A stretch of DNA of 64,000 bases from an uncultured Gemmatimonadota bacterium (GTDB taxonomy: Bacteria > JAAXHH01), in assembly GCA_951812955.1 (NCBI GenBank), contig OX638340.1, positions 2,208,001 through 2,272,000 of the forward strand. Direction: 5' to 3'. The notes under the pieces were generated by a model that was not told the origin of the DNA, ran no database searches, and saw only the letters and a program-made list of their open reading frames with translations. Below are positions 21,936-30,706 of the stretch, piece by piece. The position numbers were made by a program, and so were the translations under genes. Within the stretch, counting starts at the first letter, position 1. Every line of letters starts with the position of its first letter.

Positions 21936-23099
21936 ATGGCCAAACCCCTCGTATTGCTCCTCGACGACGATCCCGCCATGATCGATGCCGTTTCCCTCGA
22001 TCTGGAACCGGATTTCGACGTCATCTGCGCCAATGGGGTGGATGAATGCGTGGAGCGGATCGGCAGCGCCCGTGGCGCCGTCGACGTGGCGGTGATCGAC
22101 ATGTGGATCGAAACGGACCGGGAAGGTGGACTCGAAGCGATCCGGCGCATCCGGGCCCTGGAGTCTCCGCCGGAATGCGTCGTGCTGACCGCCTACGGCA
22201 CCCAGCCCAACATCGTGAAGTGCATGGAGGCAGGGGCCTTCAGTTACGTGGAGAAATCGGGCCGGGTCGCCGACGATACCACCGGACTGTTGATCACGGC
22301 CATCAACCGGGCGTTGGAAACGCGCCACCTGAAACAGCTCGAGGCGGCCCAGGAACAGATCAAGGCGGACGAGCGTCTCAAGCAGGACATCCAGCGCGCC
22401 TACGAGATCCAGCGTTCCATGCTGCCCCAGGAGGACCTGGCACACGCCGGTATGCGGTTCACCGGTTACTGCCGGCCGGCCGAGAACGTGGGAGGCGACT
22501 ATTACGACTACTTCTCGCTGCCGGACGGGCGGGTCGGCCTGCTGATCGGCGACGTGACCGGGCACGGGTTCAACGCGAGCCTGATCATGGCCATGGCGCG
22601 CAGCTGCCGGTCAACCCAGACCCGTGTCGACCCCGATGTCCCGCCGGTCATGGACGCCCTCAACCGGATCGTACAGACCACCGGTCCCAACTGGCTCTTC
22701 ATGACGGCCTGCTACCTGCTGATCGATCCAGCCGAACGTCGGTACGCCTACGCCAACGCCGGCCATCACTTCCCGCTTCACTACCACGCGGATACCCGCA
22801 CGGCCGACCCCCTGGAGTCCACCGGCCCCCTGCTGGGGATATACGCCGGCACGACCTTCGAAGCCGTGGAACGGACCTGGAACCCCGGCGACACGCTGGT
22901 CCTCTTTTCGGACGGGATCGTCGAGGCGGAAAACGCCACGGAAGAGGTCTTCGGAGAAGACCGCCTCCGGGCGCTCGTGGAAACCCATGGACACGAACCG
23001 CCGGCGGACCTGAAGCAGCGCATAATCGACGCCGTCGAGACGTTCAGCCAAGGCGTTCCGTTCATGGACGACGTGACACTCGTGGTGGCGAGACTCTAG
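21936..23099 (+). CDS. response regulator with receiver domain fused to PP2C/SpoIIE-type phosphatase
   Basis: The ORF track shows one 888-aa frame (20433..23099) whose first ~500 codons overlap the kinase in another frame. The real start is ATG 21936 (MAKPLVLLLDDDP). Receiver Asp region DVAVIDMWI. C-terminal SpoIIE/PP2C motifs GDYYDYF and LIGDVTGHG. Confidence 0.8.
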   Translation: MAKPLVLLLDDDPAMIDAVSLDLEPDFDVICANGVDECVERIGSARGAVDVAVIDMWIETDREGGLEAIRRIRALESPPECVVLTAYGTQPNIVKCMEAGAFSYVEKSGRVADDTTGLLITAINRALETRHLKQLEAAQEQIKADERLKQDIQRAYEIQRSMLPQEDLAHAGMRFTGYCRPAENVGGDYYDYFSLPDGRVGLLIGDVTGHGFNASLIMAMARSCRSTQTRVDPDVPPVMDALNRIVQTTGPNWLFMTACYLLIDPAERRYAYANAGHHFPLHYHADTRTADPLESTGPLLGIYAGTTFEAVERTWNPGDTLVLFSDGIVEAENATEEVFGEDRLRALVETHGHEPPADLKQRIIDAVETFSQGVPFMDDVTLVVARL

Positions 23100-23130
23100 A
23101 GCGGTATTCCGGGACGAGATTTTTCGATCG

Positions 23131-23252
23131 AACATCAGATGCCATGCCCGTGGCACGTTGCGAGCGAAGCCATGGCGAACTTCCCCGGCGAGACAACATC
23201 GTTGGAACATCAGATGCCATGCCCGTGGCACGTTGCGAGCGAAGCCATGGCG
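23131..23252. repeat. 47-bp direct repeat, 2 copies with 75-bp period, each with an internal inverted repeat GCCATG...CATGGC
   Basis: AACATCAGATGCCATGCCCGTGGCACGTTGCGAGCGAAGCCATGGCG occurs at 23131-23177 and 23206-23252. The region is intergenic between the response regulator and the GNAT gene. Confidence 0.8.
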
Positions 23253-23276
23253 TAGCGCTGAGTTGAGGACACTGTC

Positions 23277-23858
23277 TTGAAAATTGTCGAAGAACCACTG
23301 ACAAGGCTGACCGAGCACGGCCAGGTGCCCATCGCCTTCGAGGTGAAATCCCGTTTCCGGACCGATCCGGTGGACGGCGGCCTCGGCGGCATCGCGCTGG
23401 TAGAAGAACCGGTGCATCCCTCCTACGTAAAGGACTACGACCGGACGTCCGAAGAAGGACCCGCCGGATGGCTCGGGCGGTGGCGCGAGCGGTGGGACAC
23501 TTCGGCGTGGGGGATGCTTGCGGCCTATGACGGTTCTCGACGGGTGGGCGGGGCGGTACTTGCCCGGCGCACGGACAGAGTGAACATGCTGGAGGGGCGG
23601 GACGACCTGACGGTGCTTTGGGACCTGCGCGTCCACCCGGACTATCGCGGGACCGGCTTCGGGCGAGCTCTGTTCGAAGCCACCGTGGAATGGGCGCGCC
23701 GACACGGTTGCGTCGAGTTGAAGATCGAAACCCAGAATAACAACGTTCCCGCGTGCAGGTTCTATGCCCGCCAGGGGTGCCGCCTTGGTGCCATCATCTC
23801 CAACGCCTACGAAGAGTTCCCGGACGAGATTCAGCTGATATGGCGACTGCCGATCTGA
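23277..23858 (+). CDS. GNAT family N-acetyltransferase
   Basis: 193 aa. Acetyl-CoA binding motif RVHPDYRGTGFGRALFEATVEWARRHG. Apparent TTG start. Confidence 0.7.
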   Translation: MKIVEEPLTRLTEHGQVPIAFEVKSRFRTDPVDGGLGGIALVEEPVHPSYVKDYDRTSEEGPAGWLGRWRERWDTSAWGMLAAYDGSRRVGGAVLARRTDRVNMLEGRDDLTVLWDLRVHPDYRGTGFGRALFEATVEWARRHGCVELKIETQNNNVPACRFYARQGCRLGAIISNAYEEFPDEIQLIWRLPI

Positions 23859-23997
23859 CGGGGATTTCCGCCTTGCGTCCCGGTTGCGCCGGCTTATAAT
23901 GAGGAGTATCCGGCAGCACGGGAATTCTCACGGTCCCTCGCATCGAGAGCGCCGGCCCGCTGAGGGCACCGGCTCACCACAGGATATATCGAAGTAG

Positions 23998-24017
23998 AGC
24001 TGTACAATTGTACAGCT
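23998..24017. promoter_or_regulatory. perfect 20-bp palindrome AGCTGTACAATTGTACAGCT, 45 bp upstream of a PhyH-family gene; candidate operator
   Basis: Read directly from the sequence; it is its own reverse complement. No regulator gene with an obvious matching specificity is adjacent. Confidence 0.5.
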
Positions 24018-24061
24018 GAAAGACCGGACCACAACCTGGACAGGCAGCCTCGGACCGCTCC

Positions 24062-24910
24062 ATGCACCCCACGCCCCTGACCGAATCCCAGCGACGTTCT
24101 TTTGAAGAGGACGGTTTCCTCATCGTCCCGGGCGCACTCGACCCCGCTCAAATCGATGCGCTGACGGAAACAGGCGACCGGCTCCTGGATGGTTTCGAGT
24201 ACCCGGGTTTTTACGCCCATCGCCGTCCCGGTCTCGTGCAGGAGAAGCCCTTTCTGGATCTCGTAACGAACGATCGCACGGTCCCGCTGATCGTGGCCTT
24301 GCTCGGTTTCAACATCCACATCACGAACACGGCCCTCATCCACAAGCACCCAGAGGCGCCAGGGGATACCGATCAAGTCAACTGGCACCGCGACGTGGGC
24401 GTTTCACTGGACGTGGGTCACGTGAAGGTACCGCTGGTCGGCCTGAAGATCGGCTATTGCCTGACGGATTTCCTCGGTCCGGACACGGGCACGACCCTGT
24501 TCGTCCGGGGCAGCAATAACATGAAGTCTGCGCTCGCGATACGGAAGGGGCAGATCCATCCGGACGAATACGTGCAGCCGGTCCTCCGGGCTGGCGACGC
24601 TTTTCTCTTCGAAAACCGGACCTACCACGCGGCCGGACTGAATTTCACGAAACAGATCGCCAAACTGGTCATCTATGGCTATCACTACCGGTGGATCAAG
24701 CCGGACCACTACATGCGGTTCTACAACGATACGCCGCAGCCCGATGCCAGCCTGCTCGAGGGAACCGACGACGTGGGCCGCCAGTTGCTGGGCGCTACGG
24801 TGGACTCCGAGGGCCGCGAAGCGCCCGACGGCATCGACTGGCCCATCCGGGAATGGGCCGATCAGCACGGACTCGACGTAGCGCAGTACACGCACACCGT
24901 AGATGCCTGA
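24062..24910 (+). CDS. phytanoyl-CoA dioxygenase (PhyH) family Fe(II)/2OG oxygenase
   Basis: 282 aa. N-terminal QRRSFEEDGFLIVPGAL; conserved H (VNWHRD) and the distal His region. Confidence 0.7.
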   Translation: MHPTPLTESQRRSFEEDGFLIVPGALDPAQIDALTETGDRLLDGFEYPGFYAHRRPGLVQEKPFLDLVTNDRTVPLIVALLGFNIHITNTALIHKHPEAPGDTDQVNWHRDVGVSLDVGHVKVPLVGLKIGYCLTDFLGPDTGTTLFVRGSNNMKSALAIRKGQIHPDEYVQPVLRAGDAFLFENRTYHAAGLNFTKQIAKLVIYGYHYRWIKPDHYMRFYNDTPQPDASLLEGTDDVGRQLLGATVDSEGREAPDGIDWPIREWADQHGLDVAQYTHTVDA

Positions 24911-24979
24911 TCGATTTGCTCGAAACTGACCGGACTGTTTCCAGAAGGTCCGCTGCAACCCAAGTCTGCACAGGTTCCC

Positions 24980-25707
24980 ATGTACCTGAAACACATGCTT
25001 CCCCATCAACTGCGCAAGGCGGTGGAACGGGGCGACCCACTGCTGGTCCCCGCGCCGGATGCGTCGAGACCCACGGGCCGCACATGGCCATCGGCCACGA
25101 TACGATCATCGTGGAAGAGATCTGCGACCGGGTGGCCAGACGCGTTGAAGCCGTCATCTCGCCGCCCTTCGACTTCGGCCCCACCGGCTACGCGCTGGGC
25201 GGCCCCGAAGACGGCACCATTGATCCCGATTACGATTCCTTCGGGTCGTTCGTGAAGTCAATCTTGCGCAACTTCCTGGAGATGGGCTTCCGGCGGATCT
25301 ACGTAATCATCATGCACCAGGGCATGGAAGCGCCGCTGGCGCTCACCTTCAAGAAGGCCGCAGCGGAACTGTCCTTTGAAATGGTCCTGGCCGAAGGCAA
25401 GCCGCGGGGATGGTGGGCGGACGCCGCGCTGTCCAGGACATCGCAACAGTTCGGTCGGATCCAGGTACATCCCATGATCCTGCCTGCAGCGTCTCCACCG
25501 GCCGGAGGCGACCACGCCGGCTACAACGAGACCTCATTCCTATTGGCCACGCGCCCCGAACTGGTCGACCAGGAACAGTTGGACGAGAACGCGCCGTGGT
25601 ACTGCCGGCAGGATGAAGAACGGAACAGCTGGACAGCCAACGCTCAGCACGGGGCGTCGATGGTCGAAGCTGTCGTCGATGCCTGGGTTGCATTACTGCA
25701 GGACTGA
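24980..25707 (+). pseudogene. creatininase-family amidohydrolase with apparent -1 frameshift near 25057
   Basis: Frame A (from ATG 24980) reads MYLKHMLPHQLRKAVERGDPLLVPAP and then goes off-family. Frame B (offset -1) continues GCVETHGPHMAIGHDTIIVEEICDRVA..., matching the creatininase core LPVGSxEQHGPHLPLGTDTII, and runs to the stop at 25707. Joined they give about 241 aa, the normal family size. Confidence 0.55.
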
Positions 25708-25746
25708 ATTCCAATCGAAGTGCTTTATTGTAGAAAGGAGCAAAGC

Positions 25747-26457
25747 ATGCGGTCCATTTTCGTCGGTATCGAGTACGCCGGCAAATCCACCCTCATCGAT
25801 CTGCTGGACGCCTATTACCAGAAACGGAGGCGCCGGACGCACCTGGATGATCATTTCACCATCCCGGACGCTTCACTGAGTCCCGTGTCCAGGGCTCAGT
25901 ACGTCCACTACCCCGACGACGTGAAAGAACGCATGCAGCGGATGCAACTGCACTACCACGTGGAGGTGATCCGCAACTACCCCCATACGCTGATCGCCGG
26001 CTGGCACATCGAGGAAGCCGTCTACTGCGACGTGTACGGCAACGTGGCGGGGAATCCCTATTACCCCAACTACATCCACAACAACCAGCGGCATTACGAG
26101 GTGCTGGTGCTGGAAGCCCGACTGCCCGACGTCGTGCTGATCCACCTCACGGCCGACGACGAGGCGATCCGGGAGCGCATGCGCACCGATCCCCACGAGT
26201 ACCAGATCATCGACGAGAAGGATGTACCGGATCTGAAGAAGCGCTTTGAGGACGAAGTCGACCGGTCGCTCCTGACGCGCAACGGCCACCTCATCACGCT
26301 GGATACGACCGAAAAGTCTCCAGAGGAATCGCTGGACGAATTGCTGCTCAAGACGGATCCGCTGGTGACCGACGGGGAACTGGCCATGCGGGCCATGCCG
26401 GTGCCCGAGGGAGATTACGAGGTACGGTACGAGAAGGGTGTGAGGACGTTGGTGTAA
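25747..26457 (+). CDS. P-loop NTPase, nucleoside/nucleotide-kinase-like hypothetical protein
   Basis: Walker A GIEYAGKST directly after Met at 25747 (ORF-track start 25720). No further assignment possible by eye. Confidence 0.45.
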   Translation: MRSIFVGIEYAGKSTLIDLLDAYYQKRRRRTHLDDHFTIPDASLSPVSRAQYVHYPDDVKERMQRMQLHYHVEVIRNYPHTLIAGWHIEEAVYCDVYGNVAGNPYYPNYIHNNQRHYEVLVLEARLPDVVLIHLTADDEAIRERMRTDPHEYQIIDEKDVPDLKKRFEDEVDRSLLTRNGHLITLDTTEKSPEESLDELLLKTDPLVTDGELAMRAMPVPEGDYEVRYEKGVRTLV

Positions 26458-26615
26458 ATGGACGGTGGCAAACACCTATTCAAGACTAAATTGAGTCTGG
26501 ATACTAGATTGCCGACTCGTTTTTCGACTGTATTATAATAGCAGCGGCCATCGACCAGATCGGCTTTCTCAATACATGTTGTCAGTAAGGACTTCGGTTC
26601 TAACTGGACCATCAT

Positions 26616-26855
26616 ATGGATAATCTGGCTTTGATAGTAGACTCGGTATCTACCATATGCCTCGTAGTCTTGGCAATCGTCACCCTGTCATGGAAGTTCT
26701 CACAAAGAAATCAGGGCGAGTTGCAGGAGGTACGTGATTCCATTAATGAAATCAAAAACGTACTGTTTGACATCAATGGCAGACTGGGACGAGTTGAAGG
26801 GCAGTTGGCTTCTGGCTTAGGTAGCAGCGAGGAGAAAATTAACAGTGACAAGTAG
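26616..26855 (+). CDS. small hypothetical protein (N-terminal TM helix plus coiled-coil-like tail) in low-GC islet
   Basis: 79 aa; overlaps the next ORF by 11 nt; region 26460-27236 is visibly AT-richer than its flanks. Confidence 0.3.
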   Translation: MDNLALIVDSVSTICLVVLAIVTLSWKFSQRNQGELQEVRDSINEIKNVLFDINGRLGRVEGQLASGLGSSEEKINSDK

Positions 26856-27120
26856 ATTGTCTTTAGAAGCTAAAACGCTGGTTCTGAAGGCCTTGCAAAC
26901 CGAAGATGGGCTGATTTTGACCGGGCAGACTTTCGGAGGTTGGTTCATTCAGACCGGTAACTGGAATACCGGGTTTGTGAAAGGACACGATGCGGCCAGA
27001 TGGAAAGACGCACTGGAAACGTTGTATTTAAACCAGTTTATCAAACTTACCGGCGTCCACCTGTATGAACTCACATCCAATGGCCGGCAGTTGAGCAATT
27101 CTCTCAGTGCCGAAGATTAG
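26845..27120 (+). CDS. small hypothetical protein in low-GC islet
   Basis: 91 aa; soluble; no recognisable motif. Confidence 0.3.
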   Translation: MTSRLSLEAKTLVLKALQTEDGLILTGQTFGGWFIQTGNWNTGFVKGHDAARWKDALETLYLNQFIKLTGVHLYELTSNGRQLSNSLSAED

Positions 27121-27236
27121 CATCTACCCTCAATAGGGCCCCGGGCAGAAGTCCGGGGCTTTTCCATTCTGGGTGGTGATTCAGGGCTATATCCAATTTA
27201 ACTAATACAATCCGATTGATCTAGCTTGTCGGGTTT

Positions 27237-28376
27237 CTAAGCCGCCATTTCCTTGCCCTGAGCTTCCCTTATGCACTCCGCGAGAATGGGTATGCCATCG
27301 CGGATATCCTCAATCGTGGGGAAACCGTACGCGATGCGCAGGTAGGGAATATCCTCTCCCAGGGCGCTGAATCCCTGCCCCGGCGTGTAGTAGACGTCGC
27401 GGCTTGCCGCCAGTTGGTGGGCCTTGCGCGTGTCCGTCGCCGATGGGATCCGTACCCACACGAACATGCCGCCGGGCGGATCCGTCCACCAGACCTCATC
27501 GCCCAACGCGCCGAAGTGGGCCTCCAGCGATTCGACGACCGCGTCCTTGCGCGCTTTCATGACGCGGTTCACTTCTGCGATGTGGTCCCATAGATGCTCG
27601 CCGAAGTATTCCGCTACGATCATGCTCGCCAGGGCGTTCGTCCCTCCGTCCATCTTGTTGGCCATGATCCGCTGCTGCAACGCCTCCGGGGCCATGAAAT
27701 AACCCTGCCTCACGCCTGGTCCGAGTATCTTGGAGAAAGAACCGACGTAAACGACCCGTTCGTCTTCGTCCAGATGATACAGGTTCGGCGGCACCGGATC
27801 GGACTGGAACACGATGTCCCCGTAGCAGTGGTCGTCCACGACCGGCGTATCAAACTCGCGAGCCAATTCGAGCAGGCGTTCCCGCCGTTCCAGCGGCATG
27901 ATAGAGCCCGTTGGATTGTGATGGGTGGGGATGGTGTAGATGAACTTCGGCGGCGTTCCCGCGTCGACAAGACCCTGCAATACGGTCTCCAGTTCGTCCG
28001 TGACCAGTCCCTGTTCGTCGAGCGGCGCAGGCACGATGCGCACCTGCCTGCTGCGAAACACACTCAACGAGCCGCCGTAAGAAAAGGATTCCGTGACGAT
28101 CGTGTCTCCGGGTGACGCGAAGGCGTCCGTGATCAACTGCAGCGCCTGCATCGAACCAGAGGTTAAAACGATCTCTTCCAGGGGCACCGCTCGTCCAGTG
28201 CCGCGCGCGAATCGCTGCGAAGCGATGGCTCTCAACGGTTCGTATCCCCGGCCGTCCGGGTAGTTTACCAGTTCCGAGCCGCGTGCGGCAATGACCTTTG
28301 CCGCGGCCTCGGCCAGCGCATCTGACGGGAAGGACAGGGGGTCGGGCCGTCCGGCGCCTAGATTGATCTCACGCAT
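27237..28376 (-). CDS. PLP-dependent aminotransferase, class I/II
   Basis: 379 aa. Schiff-base lysine context SFSKILGPGVR and the HNPTG motif. Confidence 0.8.
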   Translation of the reverse strand: MREINLGAGRPDPLSFPSDALAEAAAKVIAARGSELVNYPDGRGYEPLRAIASQRFARGTGRAVPLEEIVLTSGSMQALQLITDAFASPGDTIVTESFSYGGSLSVFRSRQVRIVPAPLDEQGLVTDELETVLQGLVDAGTPPKFIYTIPTHHNPTGSIMPLERRERLLELAREFDTPVVDDHCYGDIVFQSDPVPPNLYHLDEDERVVYVGSFSKILGPGVRQGYFMAPEALQQRIMANKMDGGTNALASMIVAEYFGEHLWDHIAEVNRVMKARKDAVVESLEAHFGALGDEVWWTDPPGGMFVWVRIPSATDTRKAHQLAASRDVYYTPGQGFSALGEDIPYLRIAYGFPTIEDIRDGIPILAECIREAQGKEMAA

Positions 28377-28507
28377 CGATTTGCTCCTGCAGAACTTGGA
28401 TGTATTAGTATCGGTTTTTTGCTGCTAAATACAATCAGGATATCTCACCAACTAGATGGTGTTACAGTCTCAGTGTTTAATGGTAATGGAGAACTGCACT
28501 GTCTTTG

Positions 28508-29152
28508 TCACCTACGTGATCGCGATGGTACTGAACAATGATCATCCAATATTTTAACAAGAGACATACAAACACTTCTCATCTGACTAATCGCACTACT
28601 TATCTCTGATCGAGTATATCTGCGTCCGATATTCTCCGGTGGTTCTCGACCATGGGCAATAGCATTTCTGTGTGCGACCACTTCGTCTATTCGATTTCTA
28701 TGTTTTCGTCGGCGTACAGGCATCCGCCGAATACCAAAAACCCCAAAAATAAATCGCAGATGCGAGTATCTATAATGTGTTCCGTCGGTAGGTGGTTTGA
28801 TATTACTGGACAGATCAGGCTTTTGATCTGAAAATGCACGTTCAAATACTTTAACTCGATTTAACCATTCCTTACTTCGCGACCCGTCCCGCAATGATTT
28901 CAATTCTGGATCCAAGTAAATAGCCATTAGTGTAGGCAACAGATCTTTCATCATGTGTTTGTGGTTTTTAATCGCTTCTACTGCCCCAATCACTGCGTTA
29001 TTCACAGTGTATTCGTAGACAGCGTAAGTCTGCACAAACAAAAGCCCCTTGGCAACGACTGCTTGGTGTTCTTCCAGCTTCCTTGTCGCCTTCCAAAATT
29101 GCTCAATTGATAAAAACCGAGTTTCAATTTCTGTCTTAAGTGCTGGGAACAT
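28508..29152 (-). CDS. HEPN-domain protein (MAE_28990/MAE_18760-like), predicted RNase partner of DUF262
   Basis: 214 aa. Rx4H HEPN motif in VVAHRNAIAHGREP. Overlaps the upstream DUF262 gene by 17 nt. Lies in the AT-rich islet. Confidence 0.55.
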   Translation of the reverse strand: MFPALKTEIETRFLSIEQFWKATRKLEEHQAVVAKGLLFVQTYAVYEYTVNNAVIGAVEAIKNHKHMMKDLLPTLMAIYLDPELKSLRDGSRSKEWLNRVKVFERAFSDQKPDLSSNIKPPTDGTHYRYSHLRFIFGVFGIRRMPVRRRKHRNRIDEVVAHRNAIAHGREPPENIGRRYTRSEISSAISQMRSVCMSLVKILDDHCSVPSRSRR

Positions 29153-30215
29153 ACACTCTTCCTAAGAATCGATCTCGGCAGAACTCTATACGACCCTTCA
29201 CAGCTCTCAAACTATTTGTCGCGCCTGTGGTGAATCCTCTGAGTTCGTCCGAGTTCATCCAAGTAGAAATGTCTGTTGTGTCCAGTTTAGCATGTTCTTT
29301 TAATGCTAGTGATGCTCCTACGGCTATTGCCTCATAGAGATTCAATGGCGTTAAGCCCTTCCGACCAGGACGCCTTATACCTTCTGGGAAAGTTTGGGCT
29401 AGTTTTTGAAAAACCGTTCGAAACTCTTTTTCTTTGGTAATGTAGTCAAAGTGATTGCTCGCATCCTTCATGTAATCCGTTAAAAACTCCTCAACACTGT
29501 GTTCAAAGTTATTGTATCGATCCAAATACGCAAAATAACGAAGCACACATTCTTCTAAAGTTCCATCATTCCTGTTTCCTTTTGAAAGTTTTACGACCTT
29601 TTGGAAGTCATCAGTTTTTGCCAACTCATCTAGTTTGTCAGCAAACTTTCCTTGGTACACGCAGTCCCGTATTTCTTGGTTCGTTAGCAAAACACCGCCG
29701 GTGTTCAAGCGCTCAAAAAGATCAAACCGTATTACTTTGTCACTCTTATCGTTCAGGGTAACAACTCTTAAAGGTCTAGTCTTCACATGTTGTTGAATTG
29801 TTGTAGGAAAGGTACCATATGTCAAATTGTTGAAATTACTTAGTTTCTTCAGCCCTTTTAATACTAGCTTCTCACCCAAGCCAAATTGATTACGCAGTTC
29901 TTCATCGCCAGCAAACTTGACTATTGCACTCAAACGTTGAACTCCATCAACAGCTTCCCACGTGAAATCGTCATTTGTTGCCATAAAAAGATTGGGAATC
30001 GGTATTCCAAGCATGAGCGATTCTACGAGTCGAGAACAGCGTTCATCATTCCAGCGAAATTGCCGTTGGTATGAAGGTGCAACTGATATCTGTCCTTCCT
30101 TTAGCATGCTCAATAGTTCTTGGAGTTGGATGTCGAAAGTATCGAAATCCACTGTTCGTCGTTGAGTTGCCAGTTGATCAGTAAGGTCTTGCGGTATTTC
30201 GATAGGAATTTGCAC
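29136..30215 (-). CDS. DUF262 (ParB-like nuclease/NTPase domain, GmrSD N-terminal-type) protein
   Basis: 359 aa. DUF262 signatures APSYQRQFRW and AVDGVQRL (DGxQR). There is no C-terminal DUF1524/HNH half as in full GmrSD. Confidence 0.65.
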   Translation of the reverse strand: MQIPIEIPQDLTDQLATQRRTVDFDTFDIQLQELLSMLKEGQISVAPSYQRQFRWNDERCSRLVESLMLGIPIPNLFMATNDDFTWEAVDGVQRLSAIVKFAGDEELRNQFGLGEKLVLKGLKKLSNFNNLTYGTFPTTIQQHVKTRPLRVVTLNDKSDKVIRFDLFERLNTGGVLLTNQEIRDCVYQGKFADKLDELAKTDDFQKVVKLSKGNRNDGTLEECVLRYFAYLDRYNNFEHSVEEFLTDYMKDASNHFDYITKEKEFRTVFQKLAQTFPEGIRRPGRKGLTPLNLYEAIAVGASLALKEHAKLDTTDISTWMNSDELRGFTTGATNSLRAVKGRIEFCRDRFLGRVYVPST

Positions 30216-30706
30216 TTCACCCTCCTACGATCCGGCTTTCAATCAAGTTCCGATTAGCGAGACAATCTTGTTACGAACCAAGATGATAAAGGCTGCCAGT
30301 GCTAGTTAAACTCTAACATGTTCTTGGTAGGTAAAATATGCGCTAATAAGCCTCTCTGATTTGCCAATCTCATAAACTCATATACTTAAGCCGTAGAATT
30401 GCTAATGTGAATTATGTGTGAAACTGTGCAAGATTGAGGTACTCGATTACCGTGTAAGTTTTGGACGACACGGTGCCAGTTGGTTCATTCTCCTACAGTT
30501 ACTACAAATGCCGTGTAACTCGACCAGACAGCCAATGTAGAGCGGCCTTCCCATGCCTGTCAACCGCTTATGCACGGACGCGGGGCGTCTTCAACCGTAT
30601 ACGAGGCGCATTCAGCCGGATAAGTGGGCGCCGTTGACAGGATGCATGACCCTTTCTACATTGGTCCTACCGGTACCAGCAACTGAATCTCTCCATCATA
30701 TCGCCC

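Noticed and set aside
20433-23099. 888-aa ORF in the track
   Set aside because: The first ~500 codons lie inside the histidine kinase gene in a different frame and are compositionally meaningless (Arg/Pro/Gly-rich). The real gene is the C-terminal 388 codons from ATG 21936.
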